A DNA stretch of 64,000 nt from Tubiluchus corallicola. Its lineage: Eukaryota; Animalia; Priapulida. The notes under the pieces were generated by a model. That model saw nothing but the letters and a program-made list of their open reading frames with translations, did not search any database and had not been told where the DNA came from. The translations under genes and the position numbers were made by a program. Of this stretch, positions 26,787 to 39,613 are shown one piece after another. Where the stretch lies: positions 992,001 to 1,056,000 of the forward strand of contig JAQGDQ010000001.1 of assembly GCA_030141605.1 (NCBI GenBank), read 5' to 3'. How positions within the stretch are numbered: position 1 is the stretch's first letter; each line of letters begins with the position of its first letter.

Positions 26787-26898
26787 GAGTGGGCTGACCA
26801 CTTGGTAGCTAAAGGACAATATATGCATCGACCAGACAACAAATACGGTGAAAACATTTGCAGCAAATGGTCATCTGCAGCAGACTTTGATGTTTCTG
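26787..26898 (+). CDS. GLIPR2: GLIPR2-like, exon 2
   Basis: taatag|GAG TGG GCT..TCT G|gtatgt; EWADHLVAKGQYMHRPDNKYGENICSKWSS. Confidence 0.88.
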
Positions 26899-26910
26899 GT
26901 ATGTATGTCC

Positions 26911-27319
26911 CAAGGCCGTAGTCGGCGGTCCGGCCGGTCCGGCCATGGCCGGACCACTTTTTCTGCCATACGTGTCTAGACATTCTCAGCCCTGCGTAGA
27001 GTAAAAACTTATTTGCGGAGTACGATGACTCAAACTAGACTGAACAATCTCATGACTTTGCATGTACGTATGGATAGAACAGACGCTCTCGACCTGAAGG
27101 AAATTGCGAACGAGTTTACTGCTAGAAACGAGCGGCGCAGATGTGTGTTTGGGAAGTTTTAATCAATCATGTCATCATTGAGTATGTGTAGTGCTCTATT
27201 ATATTATAACTCTGTATTATAAATTATAATATACTCTTCTATATGTTGCTGCTGTATTCTTTTTCTACCTGTTCCGTATCTGTAACCGGACCACTTTTCA
27301 AAAGCCGACTACGGCCCTG
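26911..27319 (+). mobile_element. Internally deleted hAT transposon retaining the transposase C-terminal dimerisation region (26980-27162)
   Basis: TIR CAAGGCCGTAGTCGGC / GCCGACTACGGCCCTG; translation TFSALRRVKTYLRSTMTQTRLNNLMTLHV..IANEF..RRRCVFGKF*; flanked by TGTCC on both sides. Confidence 0.85.
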
Positions 27320-28152
27320 TGTCCATTGAAGGATAATTATTGCCATTTGTCACCAATATGTCCTATTTTTGAGGTCATACATCAGAGGTAAACTTTCGCG
27401 TTACACGGGCGAAAAATTCAGAGCCAGGGGAATACCATATCATTATGGTGTGTGCTTGGCTACTGTAGTTAAGCATCACCGAAAATTTGACAAAAATTCG
27501 TCAAACGAATTTGCATGTTTGAAAAATGTAAAAATATAATTACCCAAATACTGAAATTTGGAACCGAAGTTACTTAAAATGACACATTTAGCATTCAAGG
27601 ACTATTATTGTAACGTGTAGGATGACCCAGAGATGTCGAGTCACGGACCTTAACTTTGGCAAGCTTTTCATCAAAATTCTTCGCTCGATGCTCGTCACAA
27701 GATATCGTTAATTTACTTTAAGTACTTAAATACAAAATAACAGAAAACGTATGATAGTTTCTAATAGTAGGCGTATATTTAAGCCAATGTGTGCTTGATT
27801 CAACAATATTTTTTGCTGAACTAGCCAAGCGGAGAATCAATATGGCATGAAGTGCACTCCTATTGTGTGCGCCTGGTATAAAGTGATTTATTACCTTGTA
27901 AATAAATACGTAACGCAGAAGTTCATGAACAGAGTGTGTATAAATAAATAATTACGCTGTTGTGTGTAACGGATAATTAAATGCTGCAAGATCACTTTTT
28001 ACCATTTAAAACATTTAGAACAGGTAGAACTGTTAGAACGCAAATGTTTAAACCAATTATTTGTAAATTTTATGTAATTAGTAAATGTGTTATTGTAAAT
28101 CTTGTTCATCTACTATTATGTTAGTATGTTAATTTCGCTGGTATGGGCTTAA

Positions 28153-28434
<282 letters not shown>

Positions 28435-29164
28435 GATTCGAGGCTACAGTTCTGACGATGGCACCATTTTCGGCGATCTATATACCAAACGAAAGGTGTT
28501 GATCTAGTGTCGTCAGTTTGGTGGTTTATTTTTCGAATTGGGTCCACCGGGAGGAACGGGGGCGAAAACCTCCAAAAATCGCCGTTTTGCTTTTTGCAAA
28601 ATTTATGCCTCTTATTTCTAGAGATCGTAAACGGGTCTGGGTTGCTGGTAATGGTTTGATAACCCGTTCAACAGTGGGTGTAGTAAGCGTATTTAGAATT
28701 CGCGGAAGAGCCACGGTTTCCTGTAATCGTATGCTTGACCCGCACATCCAAACTTTGTGAAAAACTGCACAAACAGCCTTCAAAAAATTCGATTTGTGCA
28801 ACTGTTTGAGCATGTTGGGAAAAATAAAAGCACATTTATGGAAAGTGAAGGAAACGGTCTACAAGATGTAAACGTATCGAAAAGGGTGCATTTATTTCAA
28901 AGTTCTTTTTCAACTCCCCAGGTTATAAGGAACATCCCATTATCTTTGAGGTTGAGAAATTCGCGGCTGTTCCTGGCATTGTTTTCACCCCACATTCTAA
29001 TGTGTTGTAATAGATTGTACATGTAAGTGATACTCGTTAGTTTATTGTCACCAGAGAAGCAGTAAGCAAAATCTTGTAGAATGTCCGTGCATTATACATC
29101 ATTGATGAATGGGTCTAATTTTGTATAGCACACCGTTTCAACTTTGTGCAAAAAACATGTTGCA

Positions 29165-29720
29165 TGGTTTTGCTATGCTGCTGTGATGTTGGTTTAGGTG
29201 TTGTAAGTGTTACCATCGTTGGGGTCATCATCAACATCGTAATCACCATATGATGTAGTGGGTTTGGAACAGTGGTAGTATGGTGTAGTGGGTATGGTAT
29301 GGTATGGTAGTGGGTGTAGTGATTGTTAGTGCGCTGTGGATGGTGTGATTGGTGTGGTGGGTGTGGCATTGTGTGTGGGGTGTGGTGTAATGTGGTTAGT
29401 GTGGTGCGGGTGATATAGTGTAGTGGTATGGTGTGGGTGGTGTGGTGTGGGTGGTTTTGGTGTAGTGTGGTAGGTAGGGATATGATGTGTTGTGGGTCGT
29501 GTGGCATGGTGTGGTGTGGGTGTTGTGATGTTGTGGCATGGTGTTTGTGGTGTGGTGTAGCGTGGTTGTGTTGTGAGTGATGTGGTGGGTGGGTGTGGCG
29601 TGGGTTGTTGTTGTGAGTTTATGCGCAAAATTCTTTTTGCGGGGTTTGGCTATTGTGGTAGTACTGTTTTTCGTACTGTATTGTATAATGACTATTACTG
29701 CATTGTATTGTATTGTATAC
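29165..29720. repeat. Degenerate G/T-rich pentamer repeat (GTGTG/GTAGT/GTATG/GTATT)
   Basis: Direct reading. Explains the His/Thr/Pro-rich ORFs 29115-29507 and 29326-29628. Confidence 0.85.
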
Positions 29721-30179
29721 TAACCGTTGTTATATAAGCAATGCTTGTAATAAAAATTTTAATTTACTTTACTTTAAATATTAGTGTATAATGTATTTAA
29801 AATGAAGTTTAAAATAAAGCGTATATTACTAGTATTGTGACTTTGCCAATTAAAATACTATTTAATTTTATTATCAGCCTGTCCTGTTTACACTCATATG
29901 GTTTATTTAGAACATTTGTTTAGCTCACTTATTCAGGCTGATTATTTGAATTATTTGTTCTTTCGGATTAGTGACAAGATGTAGTAAGTGATGGCAAAAG
30001 AGGTCGCTAAAGGTTTACATTTTGCTGCAGCACCTTATTTTCTGATAGCGTTTCAAAAGACGTTGTGCTGATAATTTTTACTGGTATGTCACAGTTAAAT
30101 CAAATGAGTCAGTGTGAACAGGACGTTTAACATTTTGCAAACCGCCAAAAAATAATTTTTATTGTTTATGACATAACAG

Positions 30180-30257
30180 GCAAAGAGGCAGTGGAAATGT
30201 GGTATAGTGAGATAAAGGACTTCACGTTTGGCAAAGAACCTGCTGATTTAAGATCAG
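30180..30257 (+). CDS. GLIPR2: GLIPR2-like, exon 3
   Basis: taacag|GC AAA GAG..TCA G|gtgagg; GKEAVEMWYSEIKDFTFGKEP. Confidence 0.88.
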
Positions 30258-30626
30258 GTGAGGCAAAACAGTCATAATGGTGATAAAAACAGCTATTTTT
30301 TTATAAATCAAAAATTTTGGAGCGAGGAGCTATGAAGTCGAGTATCTAAGAGCTAAACGTTGCAAAGAGATGTCTATGGCTGTGCAAAGCCAACAAGTTA
30401 TTTGGAATCTTTAGAGTAAGAAATGGGTATCAAAATAGACGTCTTTGTAAAAATGATGTAATAATTTCAGCGCAGCTGCTTCAAGTGGCTCCGCCATAAG
30501 TCAAATGAAAGATCTCGATCCAATGTGCTTAATGTTTATTTTCTATTCTGGTCGTTCGAAAAAAAAACGAAGAACAGCAATTTTTGCCGTTTTCCCCATA
30601 TTTTTGAACAATGTAGGAAACTCGAA

Positions 30627-31530
30627 TGTGGGTAAGAATGGCACAGGAAAATAGCACAAATGGAAAAGGTAAAAGTGGCACAGATAAAAATAGCACAATG
30701 AAAATGGCACACTGATTAGCAAAATATGGGTTTAAAGTTAGGGTTATAGTGGGAGATACTTATTTCAGTTATTTTTGCCGCTGCCAAGGAACTTATGCTT
30801 CAACACAGTTTGTTTGTTTGGTTGGTTGGTTTTTGTGTTATAGCAGCGAACTTATTACGCAAAAACTACTTAACAGATTTCCACGAAATTGCTTTTTTCT
30901 CTAATTCTTGTCTATTCTCTATTTTCCATTTGTTTTGTGGAGAAGGCGTGTATAGGGTGCCAAAATGGGCGGTTTTTCCGCCCGTTCTATTCTCGTATAA
31001 CTTTGCCGAACACCAGGTGCAAAAGACGTTCGCGAAGCACTTCACGGAGGTTTCGGAGTTAGTGCTTAGTATTCTTTTTATTATCCACACTAAGACAAAC
31101 AACTACGAGTTAGTTCCAGGTCCCATTTCGAGAAATTCTCGCTTGGAACACTGCGCAACGCTATCTGTAACCTTTTAGTCTGTTGCCAACGTGAAAATTA
31201 ATGGTTAAAGAAAATAAACATTATGTGAAATGTCCGTGCATTACTGATCATAATTTTGTTTAATGAACAAAATACTTTGTGAGTCTTTTGCTAGTTAAAA
31301 TAATACTTATACAGGTACATTTTTGTGTGTTTGCTTGTTTATCTTTGTTTTATGGTTTCTAATAAAAGAATCAGATGAATAAGTTTCACTGTTCGACTTA
31401 GGCAGAGATTTGCTTCCTACTGAGGACATTCTAGTTCTCTTCTGATGGAAATCAAATTAATTAGAATAACATATAACATTCTATAGTGCTATTTTTGTGC
31501 CGTTTTTATTTATGCTATTTTTACCGCGCA
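30627..31530. mobile_element. Composite non-autonomous element, copy 2 (nested Helitron-like unit at about 30775-31434, ending CTAG|T)
   Basis: Collinear with 16993-17880. Inner unit gctgccaaggaacttatgc..tttgtttgtttg..cttaggcagagatttgcttcctactgaggacattctag. Confidence 0.7.
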
Positions 31531-32653
31531 TCAGAGAAAACTCGACTGTGTTACATTTAAGCACGTTCTATGTAAGTCTACGGTAATTCTTTCGAACAAA
31601 GCGTGAGCGGGCTAAAAGATACAATTGGTTGCTTTTAAAAACACTATAAGGTGCCGTTAATGTCCTATAAATTGACTATAAGTAACATCTGCTGACGGTT
31701 GTTAACATGTAAAATAGTTCTACGAAACTATAAGTCGAAAAGTTCGCACTGCATCGGGTTAAAAATATAATAACAATTTTTGGATAATATTATGTTGCAT
31801 TTAAAGTGTGAACAGAATGCCTATTCTACAGAATGCCTAGGCATTTTAAGGAGTGCCAAAACAAGCGCCAGATAAAATGTCTAAAATAATTTCTTTTACA
31901 CGTTTCCTAGCATCATATTATGATGCACAAGTTTTGTTAAGCAAAGGGTGCATTTAATTTTTTTCGTATATACGGTTCCGAGATAAAATGTAGAATACTG
32001 AATAAATTTTAGCATTTTTTAGGTAATGTGTAACTAAAACAAATGGTTAATTGTTTTGATGCAAATTCCCTACGCATTTTATATAATACCAATTTTCTGC
32101 TAGAAATTAGGTGAAATAAGTCGTGATTTATGCAGTTGCAAATTTTTGTATCAAAATAGGTAACTAGCATTTCAAGCAAACGTTCAGGTTGCATGATTGT
32201 TTCGTTCACAGCTACTGCCTGCTAAAGAAGTATTCTGTTTTTTGGATCTGGTGTTTCATTCACAGCTGCTGCCTGTTCGTGATCCTTAGTTTGGTCATGT
32301 TGTTGTAGTTGTTGTTACATTTATCTTAAAAAGCTGTCACAGGGCAGTCTTCGCTGTAGGAAACTGAAATTTTGCATAAAAATACTACTGATCATTGCGC
32401 AGCTTTAACAGAGCCTAACTTCGCCCTCCAATATACCGCTAAATGGATCAAACCCATTAAATTGATCTGCCCTATACATTATTAGATCGTTGGGTTTTTT
32501 TTCAGTTTAATGTACTAGTGGATCTGCCCCAGGAATTGGGAGTTCTAAGTTTTTGCGATTTTTTACGATTTCCATGATTTCATAATTTTGTAATGGAAAC
32601 TATTAACTGTGAAAAAAGACGAGCCCAGATCGAAGGACATTAATACTTCCTTT

Positions 32654-32957
32654 CAGGGCAGGATTTTGACTTTGGGGCCCATAGGCTAATGAAATTATGG
32701 GACCCTTTTTTAATCTCAAACAAGGGTCACTTTTTAAAATTGGGTTTTTAGACGCACGGGCCTCCTTTTTTAAAGTTGAAATTTTATTTTAAGTTAAATA
32801 AATTATTGAGCATTGCAAAATATTAAAATATTATACTTATTTTTCAAAAAAAGATTATAGATGAAAATGTTTTAGCAAGGTCCTCAATGTTTGGGCTTCC
32901 AAGTTGGATTGACCCTAGGCTGCAGCCTATACCAGCCTATAGGGTAATCCAACCCTG
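32654..32957. mobile_element. hAT-type MITE
   Basis: TIR CAGGGCAGGATT / AATCCAACCCTG; 8-bp TSD cttccttt / cttccatt. Confidence 0.7.
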
Positions 32958-34017
32958 CTTCCATTCTATTTGTGTTTCATACAGGGATGCTGAAACACCT
33001 AACTTTGCCGTGTGTGATTTTTCCTACAGGAACATAAAAAAGTGGCATTTTTGGTATTTTACATCTCATAACAGACGGGAGCTAGTATTTTAGCAATTAA
33101 TTTTGTGAATGCAGGTCGGCTTAAAAGGCGGATGTTAAAAATATGGGGGACTATTTTTACTGTATACACTAACAAATTTGAAGAAAAAGACCAAACATTA
33201 GACATTAAACTATTTAACCAGAAAATTTAATCATCATCACATTCAAAAAAGTGATTCACAACAGTTTTAACAAATTAATGGCAGGGAAAAGTCCAATAAT
33301 GGCAAAAATAGCAATATTAACAAAGCTAATAATTGGGGTGCGTATAGGGTACAAACATTTGCGCAAAATTCATGTTTGCCGAATAAGTTTTTTAGGAGCA
33401 ATTTTTCTCTAAAGCGAACAGTTTGTAGGACGGCAGCAATACGTTGCAGTATAATTTTTGCGAGTGAATTCAGCAGTGATTCGAAACGTTGGAGCAACTA
33501 TATAATAATCTAAAGTTACCCCGCAAGCAGAATCGAAGAAGGGTAGGCTAGCATGCGCGATGTTTGCGTTAGCATCGAAAGCGATCACAATATCACTATG
33601 TACGGTACACACCATTTATTGTGTGTGAGACTTTCTAGTATGGCATTTTTCTTTAGATAGTTTTAACTTCAAAGATTATGAGGAAACGGTCTATCTCCAT
33701 CTAACTGTGTCAAGTTGCCGTGTGTAAGACAGAGAAGGGTGGGTCAAGCGAAATAATTTAAAAGGGGGATTGTTAGTAGGGACTCCTACTCCCTACAAAT
33801 ATCGCAGTTAACTACAGATTAATTAAACACACAAGTTATTATGTAGCGTGAATGAGGCTTTTAATTTTGCATAAGCGCAACGTCAGAATTACTAAATGTG
33901 AGGCGAGACATGTCATCGTGCTTAAAATGAAAGAGCGATTTTACACTGAATTAGAAAAGGGCAGAGAAATGAAGTAAAGAACACCTTTTTTTCTAAATGA
34001 CGAAGTATACACGTAAT

Positions 34018-35844
34018 TGTTGTTGTTGTTGTTCGTCCTTCGTAGTCGAAGAGGACCATGACTTCATTCTGACTTCGTAGGGTGGGTACGGAGGTGGCTT
34101 ATGAGCCCGATTCTTGCTGAGAACCTCCCCCTGCAGTGAGGACATGAGAATGGTGTACCATGATAGGCATTGCGTTCTCTGCCTTTTCGAAGCTGTCTTT
34201 TCTCCTGCCTAACTTGGATGCGCCTGGACTCATAGTTGGTCACTCCCGATTTGATGAGGGGCCGCCAACGAGATCTCTCCTGTGCCACATCTTCCCAGGA
34301 GTCGACATTGATGTTGCATTCTTTCAGGCTAGCTTTGAGGGTGTTTTTGTATCTTTGTCGTTGCCCTCCAACTGACCGTTTCCCTTCTTTCAGCTCGCAG
34401 TACATGAGTCTCTTTGGCAGTCTGTGATCTTCCATACGTCGAACATGGCCAGCCCATTTCAGTTGTGCTGCCTTAAGCATTGCATGGACACTGATGGATT
34501 GTGCTCTCTCGAGGACTTCAGTGTCTGGTATAAAGTCCTGCCAGCTGATCTTGAGGAGTCTTCTTAGACAACGCAGGTGGAAGGAGTTTAGTTATCTGGC
34601 ATGGCGACTATAGACTGTCCACGACTCGCAGGCATACAGCAGAGATGGAATGACTACAGCATGGTAAACCTTGAGTTTAGTTGACAGCTTGATGCCTCGT
34701 CTTTCCCAGCATGTTGTTCTTAGGTTTCCAAAGGCTGCACTGGCTCTTGATATTCTTCATCATCGATGGTAACTGATCTTGATAGGGTGCTACCCAAGTA
34801 AACGAACTTGTTGGCGGTCATCAGTTTTTCATTTTTGGTAGTGATGGTTGGTTCTACATATGTGCTGTCAGGGGCAGGCTGAAGCAGGACCTCTGTCTTT
34901 TTGGTGTTAATAGTGAGGCCAAAATCATCGCATGCCTGTGCAAAGAGGTTAACACTTTCCTGCATGTCTTGCTGTGAGGTGGCATTGAGAGCGGAGTTGT
35001 CTGCAAATAAGAGGTCACGGATGGTGTCTTCTTTGACTTTGGTCTTGGTCTGCAGTCTGCGAAGATTGAAAAGTTTTCCATCTGTCCTGTAACGGATGTC
35101 AATACCGACATTCTTGTCTCTGTATGCATCGGTGAGCATTACGGAGAACATCATGCTGAAGAGGGTCAGTGCCAGCCCTGTTTTACGCCGTTGGTCTGAA
35201 TATTCCCCGTTGTCCTGAACTCTCGCTTGCATACTATCATGGAATTCTCTGACCAGCTCTATAAACTTATCAGGGCATCCAAATTTAGCCATGATTTTCC
35301 AGAGTCCTTCACGAGACACGGTGTAGAAGGCCTTGGTGAGGTCAACGAAGGTTGTCAGTAGGTTGATATTCTGTTCTCTGCATTTTTCTTGCAGTTGCCG
35401 CACTGCAAAGACCATATCAACTGTGCTGCGTCCCTGTCTAAATACACACTGACTTTCAGGTAGAAGTTCTTTCTCTAGGTGTGCGTTGAGGCGATCTAGC
35501 AGAATTCTTGCCAGCAGTCGATAGGAGCGAGATGCCCCTGTGATTGTCGCATTGCTGTCTGTTTCCTTTCCGCTTATAGAGGTGGATGATTGCGGCATCT
35601 TTGAAGTCTTGCGGTAGTTTTTCTTGTTTCCATATAAGTTGGAACAGCTCCGTCAGTTTCGTCTGTAGTTTAGGGCCTCGGTTTGCGTATATTTCAGCTG
35701 GGATGGAGTCAGCGCAGGGCGCTTTGCCGCGCCGCTGGACAGGCTCTTTATGGCTTTCTCTACCTCTTTCTCTGATGGGGGATTTTCAAGAGATCTGTTG
35801 GTAGGGATTTGAGGTAGTATTTCTCGTCTTTTATTGAGGAATAC
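34018..35844 (-). mobile_element. 5'-truncated, frameshifted RTE-clade non-LTR retrotransposon in GLIPR2 intron 3
   Basis: RT motifs LLPESQC.FR.GRST.DM.F, FVDLTKAF.TVSREGLW, LFADN (degenerate xADD), LKWAGHVRRMEDHRLPK; terminal C2H2 finger CPHC..ISHLRTH; 3' end gtcatggtcctcttcgactacgaaggacgaa(caa)n; candidate TSD atacacgtaat (34007-34017) / atacaagtaat (35845-35855). Confidence 0.93.
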
Positions 35845-36610
35845 ATACAAGTAATATTAATAATGTAAATGTCTTTAATGTCACGGCGAAAAAGGAGGCA
35901 TCTCAGTAATACCTGCGCCGCATAATGTATGGTTGTTGCAAATGAAAAGCACTGCTTGAGATACTTGTGAAACACATATCGTCAGATGTGCATTTCCATA
36001 ATTATTCTAAAATTGACTACTATAATATTTACTTATTGACACTCAATTTTATTTTTATTTTATAAAAAGTCATTTAGTATACCAATAAACAATTTACGTG
36101 AGCTCCTTACTTACTTTAATACACTAGCTAAGCCGTTTTTTTTACTTTAACAAATTGATCAAGCCGTTTTGTGTATTATATACAACGCCTAGGTATTGTA
36201 CTGAAAATGGAGGAAAAATTGGATGTACACGAATTATGTTCATTTTATAATTTGCCAAAACCATTTTTCGAGTTGTGCATAGATCCTAGCCATTATACAA
36301 AGCGCCTAGGTAAAATATGAAAATGCCACAGTAAAAACATTTATTTCGCACTTTCCCCTAAATGTATAGGTGTTACATGAAATGCCTAGGAATTTTATAC
36401 ATCGTTTACACATGCCTATAGCACAACATGTTTGCTTGGCCTTTGCTAGTAACTATCTGAATTTAGGTACAAAGCTTTTAGAGCCAAATGTTTAATTACA
36501 ATGTTGTATTTGATGTTTGCCTAGCAAAGGATATTGTAGGTTTTTGTATTAACAATCTTGCAATAAGCGTAACTGAATTTATAATACACGTATGTTTGTT
36601 TTATTTTAAG

Positions 36611-36762
36611 GACATTTTACGCAAGTTGTTTGGGCAGCAAGCAAGGAACTTGGAATTGGCAAAGCAAAGACGAAGGATAACAAGATTATCGTTGTAGCAA
36701 ATTATAATCCACCAGGAAATTTGATTGGACATTTTGCAGAAAACTGCCCCAAGCCAAAATAA
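36611..36762 (+). CDS. GLIPR2: GLIPR2-like, exon 4 (last)
   Basis: ttttaag|GA CAT TTT; GHFTQVVW (CAP1 motif), VVANYNPPGN (CAP2 motif); stop at 36760-36762. Total CDS 453 nt. AATAAA at 37069-37074. Confidence 0.9.
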
Positions 36763-37786
36763 ACAACTGTATGCTATAGAAGCCAAATTGGATTATTGAG
36801 CAGAGGCTAGCTACGTGGCGATTCTAACCCATTATAATTATGAAATTTATAATTATGGTCAACAAAATCACACAATACTGAATGGCAAATGAGAACTGTT
36901 GAGTAACTATGTGTAACAGTTAAAAATTTTACATTGTATTTGTAGCTCTTTAATACTGAATGCCGTATAGTGTGTCTTAGTTTTTAGTGTGATGTTAACT
37001 TTTATATTCTAGTGAAATGGATGCAAAACACCAGTTTAATGTGCTGACCAAAAGTTTCTTTATTCTGTAATAAATACAATGATTTAACAATTTGCATTGA
37101 ATAGAAAAGAGTTCATCGCATGATAGATGTATGACTATAACTAAGAAAACCGTTATAAAAATTATGATATATATTGAAATTAATTAATAATGACTTACGT
37201 TGTTAGAACCTTTAGCAATTACAAAGACAGGAATGAGAACTCCAAGGCCTTAAGAACAACGATGTCACAACAATAAACTCGTAGGAGAGTTACAGACATA
37301 ATGTTCATCATAGACACAACACTAGAGCAATGGCCGAGAGAATCAAAAGACGGGTAAAATGTCAGACAACTACTATAGCTATAGCGAAAGATCAAAATGC
37401 TAATGTATTCAAGGATATTAGGTGCTTCAATTTTAAAAGAGTGACTACTGTAAAAGGCAAAAAGTCTACTAAATAAACAAACAGGTGGCAGCACCGTGGC
37501 AGTAACTAAATAAAGACCAAAAGGGCCTATGCACCCGCTACACCTAGCGTAATGAAAAATAAAAACTGCTAAAATTGCATTGTCAATTTGTCGTACATCA
37601 AGAAACTGTAACGATGTCGCTACGATTAATATGAAACTAACTGACTGTTCTTATTATAATGATCACACATGTTCTTAATGGTCCATATTGTACTCTAAAC
37701 ACGTGAAAAAATAATCAGTTCAGTTGTCACTGCATAGCTGCCGAATTTAATCAAAACCAAGCTTTGGCTGTAAATGGAGACCGGTG

Positions 37787-37819
<33 letters not shown>

Positions 37820-37835
37820 ACTACTGCTGCTACTA
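37787..37835. repeat. (CTA)/(CTG) trinucleotide microsatellite
   Basis: Direct reading. Confidence 0.9.
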
Positions 37836-39356
37836 CTCACCTCATTTATGGCCGATGGATACATATGAGAATAGTGTACAGCCTCGCTAGTTCAGTGTTT
37901 CATCTTACTGTATTACCATAGTAATTAGCTTACGCTTCAATCATCTACATTAAGTAAGTCTGCTGTTGGATGCTGCATTCTAGGTTACAGAGTGTTGGAC
38001 TGCATGAAAAAACTGCAAATTAAACGAAGAATATCAGGCGGATGGCAACTATCCAAGCAGTAATGTGATTGATCATACATTTTCTCGACTAGTCAGTCGG
38101 TTAGTTGGAGACCAACTAACAGTGTGACGGCCCATCTATCAGTCACTTATATGCTCTACAAACAACAAAACTAGAAACAACAATAGACCTTTTCCTTTGA
38201 AACGGGTATAGATAATGCAACGGATTTTACTAACAATAATTAAGAAAAGTTGTTACATGTCACAGCAATTGTAGAAATTGTGAAATTTTTAACAGAGTTA
38301 GGCGACACCATAACTCTTCATTTAAGATGTGGAGGGCTGTCGGAGGTCAAATTCAAAATGGCCGCCACCAAAAATAGCAAAACTTTTTAAATCATCATAA
38401 TTTGCCAATGTTTATCATAGAACTCTAAAATAAAGCATCTAAATATGCTAAAATTGACAAAAATCCAAGAAATTCAGCTCTGTCCACCAATGGTAAAATG
38501 CGGAGTCCTAGAAAAGTAGGCTTATTGTTGTAACTGATGTAATTGTTATTGGTGTGTTATAGGCAGACGTCACAGACGCGATAAGTTTGATTGCTTTTCT
38601 CCCGTAAGCTTTCGCAAATACCCACTGTTGTCCAAAACTATACAATGCGCCAGTTCAAAAAGTATATCTTTGACTATCTTTTGTCTGGGTATTCTATTTA
38701 AATAGCCAAATTTTACTGCACAACATTAGTATCGTCAATTTGCATTTACTTGTACTTTGCATGTGTTTTTAATGCCATAACTACTCATTTTCTCGTGCTT
38801 TGTTTTTGTGACTTATTCACTAACTTTTAGAATATCTCTGCACTAATACTTACCACAACCCCGGTAGAGGCGCGAAAGCTTAACCTCTTCCTCATTCCGA
38901 AGATGGTTTGTACCATTTTCGCTTCTGGGAATTGTTGCGACGACTTTGCAGCATTTTTTGAGCATTTTTACGAACCTCAGTAGTCCCGCACTTCTTCCTG
39001 CGAAAATTCCAGGAAATTGTCATACAATAATCGCAATAGACTCGACAGGACGAATGTCATGTGTCGCAGAAGCCGCAAACAAGTAGTGAGAATTTCGCGT
39101 GACATTCTCGTGATTTTCACTCGAGAAAAAAGCCCGAAACTCGCAAAAATGTGGCGAACGTCGCACGAATAATTTGCGACAAACCACAGTCGAGGGAACT
39201 TTTTGACAACTGTTGGACTTAGAGAAATTTCGATCATCACAAAAAAGTCTGGCCGTGAAACTCTGGCTTCATAATGAGCACCACCTTCGCATTCCAAAAA
39301 ATAAAAATTACTTTACTATATATAAGAAAATTGTACCAAATAACAATGATTTTTCT

Positions 39357-39613
39357 AGTTATTACATTATCGGTTAGAATTTTTGTTATTACATTATGCG
39401 TTGCTGTGGTGTTGCAAAATGCGTTTAACTTCGGGTTATTACATGATGCGTTTTTGTGGTTTTACATTATGCATTAAGTTTTTAATTTCATTATCGGTTA
39501 ATTTTCATTATATTATGCGTTGATTTATTACATTATGCGTTGATTTTTATTACATTATGTATTCATTTTTTGTTGTTACATCATCGGGCATTTATTACAT
39601 TATCAGTTGTAAC
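39357..39613. repeat. Array of TTATTACATTAT(GC/CG)GTT units ending GTTGTAAC, probably one arm of a DNA transposon
   Basis: Roughly eight imperfect copies with short spacers; the opposite arm was not found. Confidence 0.6.

Noticed and set aside
29115-29628. His/Thr/Pro-rich ORFs that resemble a metal-binding or mucin protein
   Set aside because: They are the reverse strand of a degenerate GT-rich repeat, with no splice or domain support.
30795-31178. 127-aa ORF in GLIPR2 intron 3
   Set aside because: It lies inside the repeated composite element and has no recognisable domain.
39357-39613. Spaced direct repeats superficially like a CRISPR array
   Set aside because: Repeats are short and degenerate, spacers are short and irregular, there are no cas genes and the context is eukaryotic.
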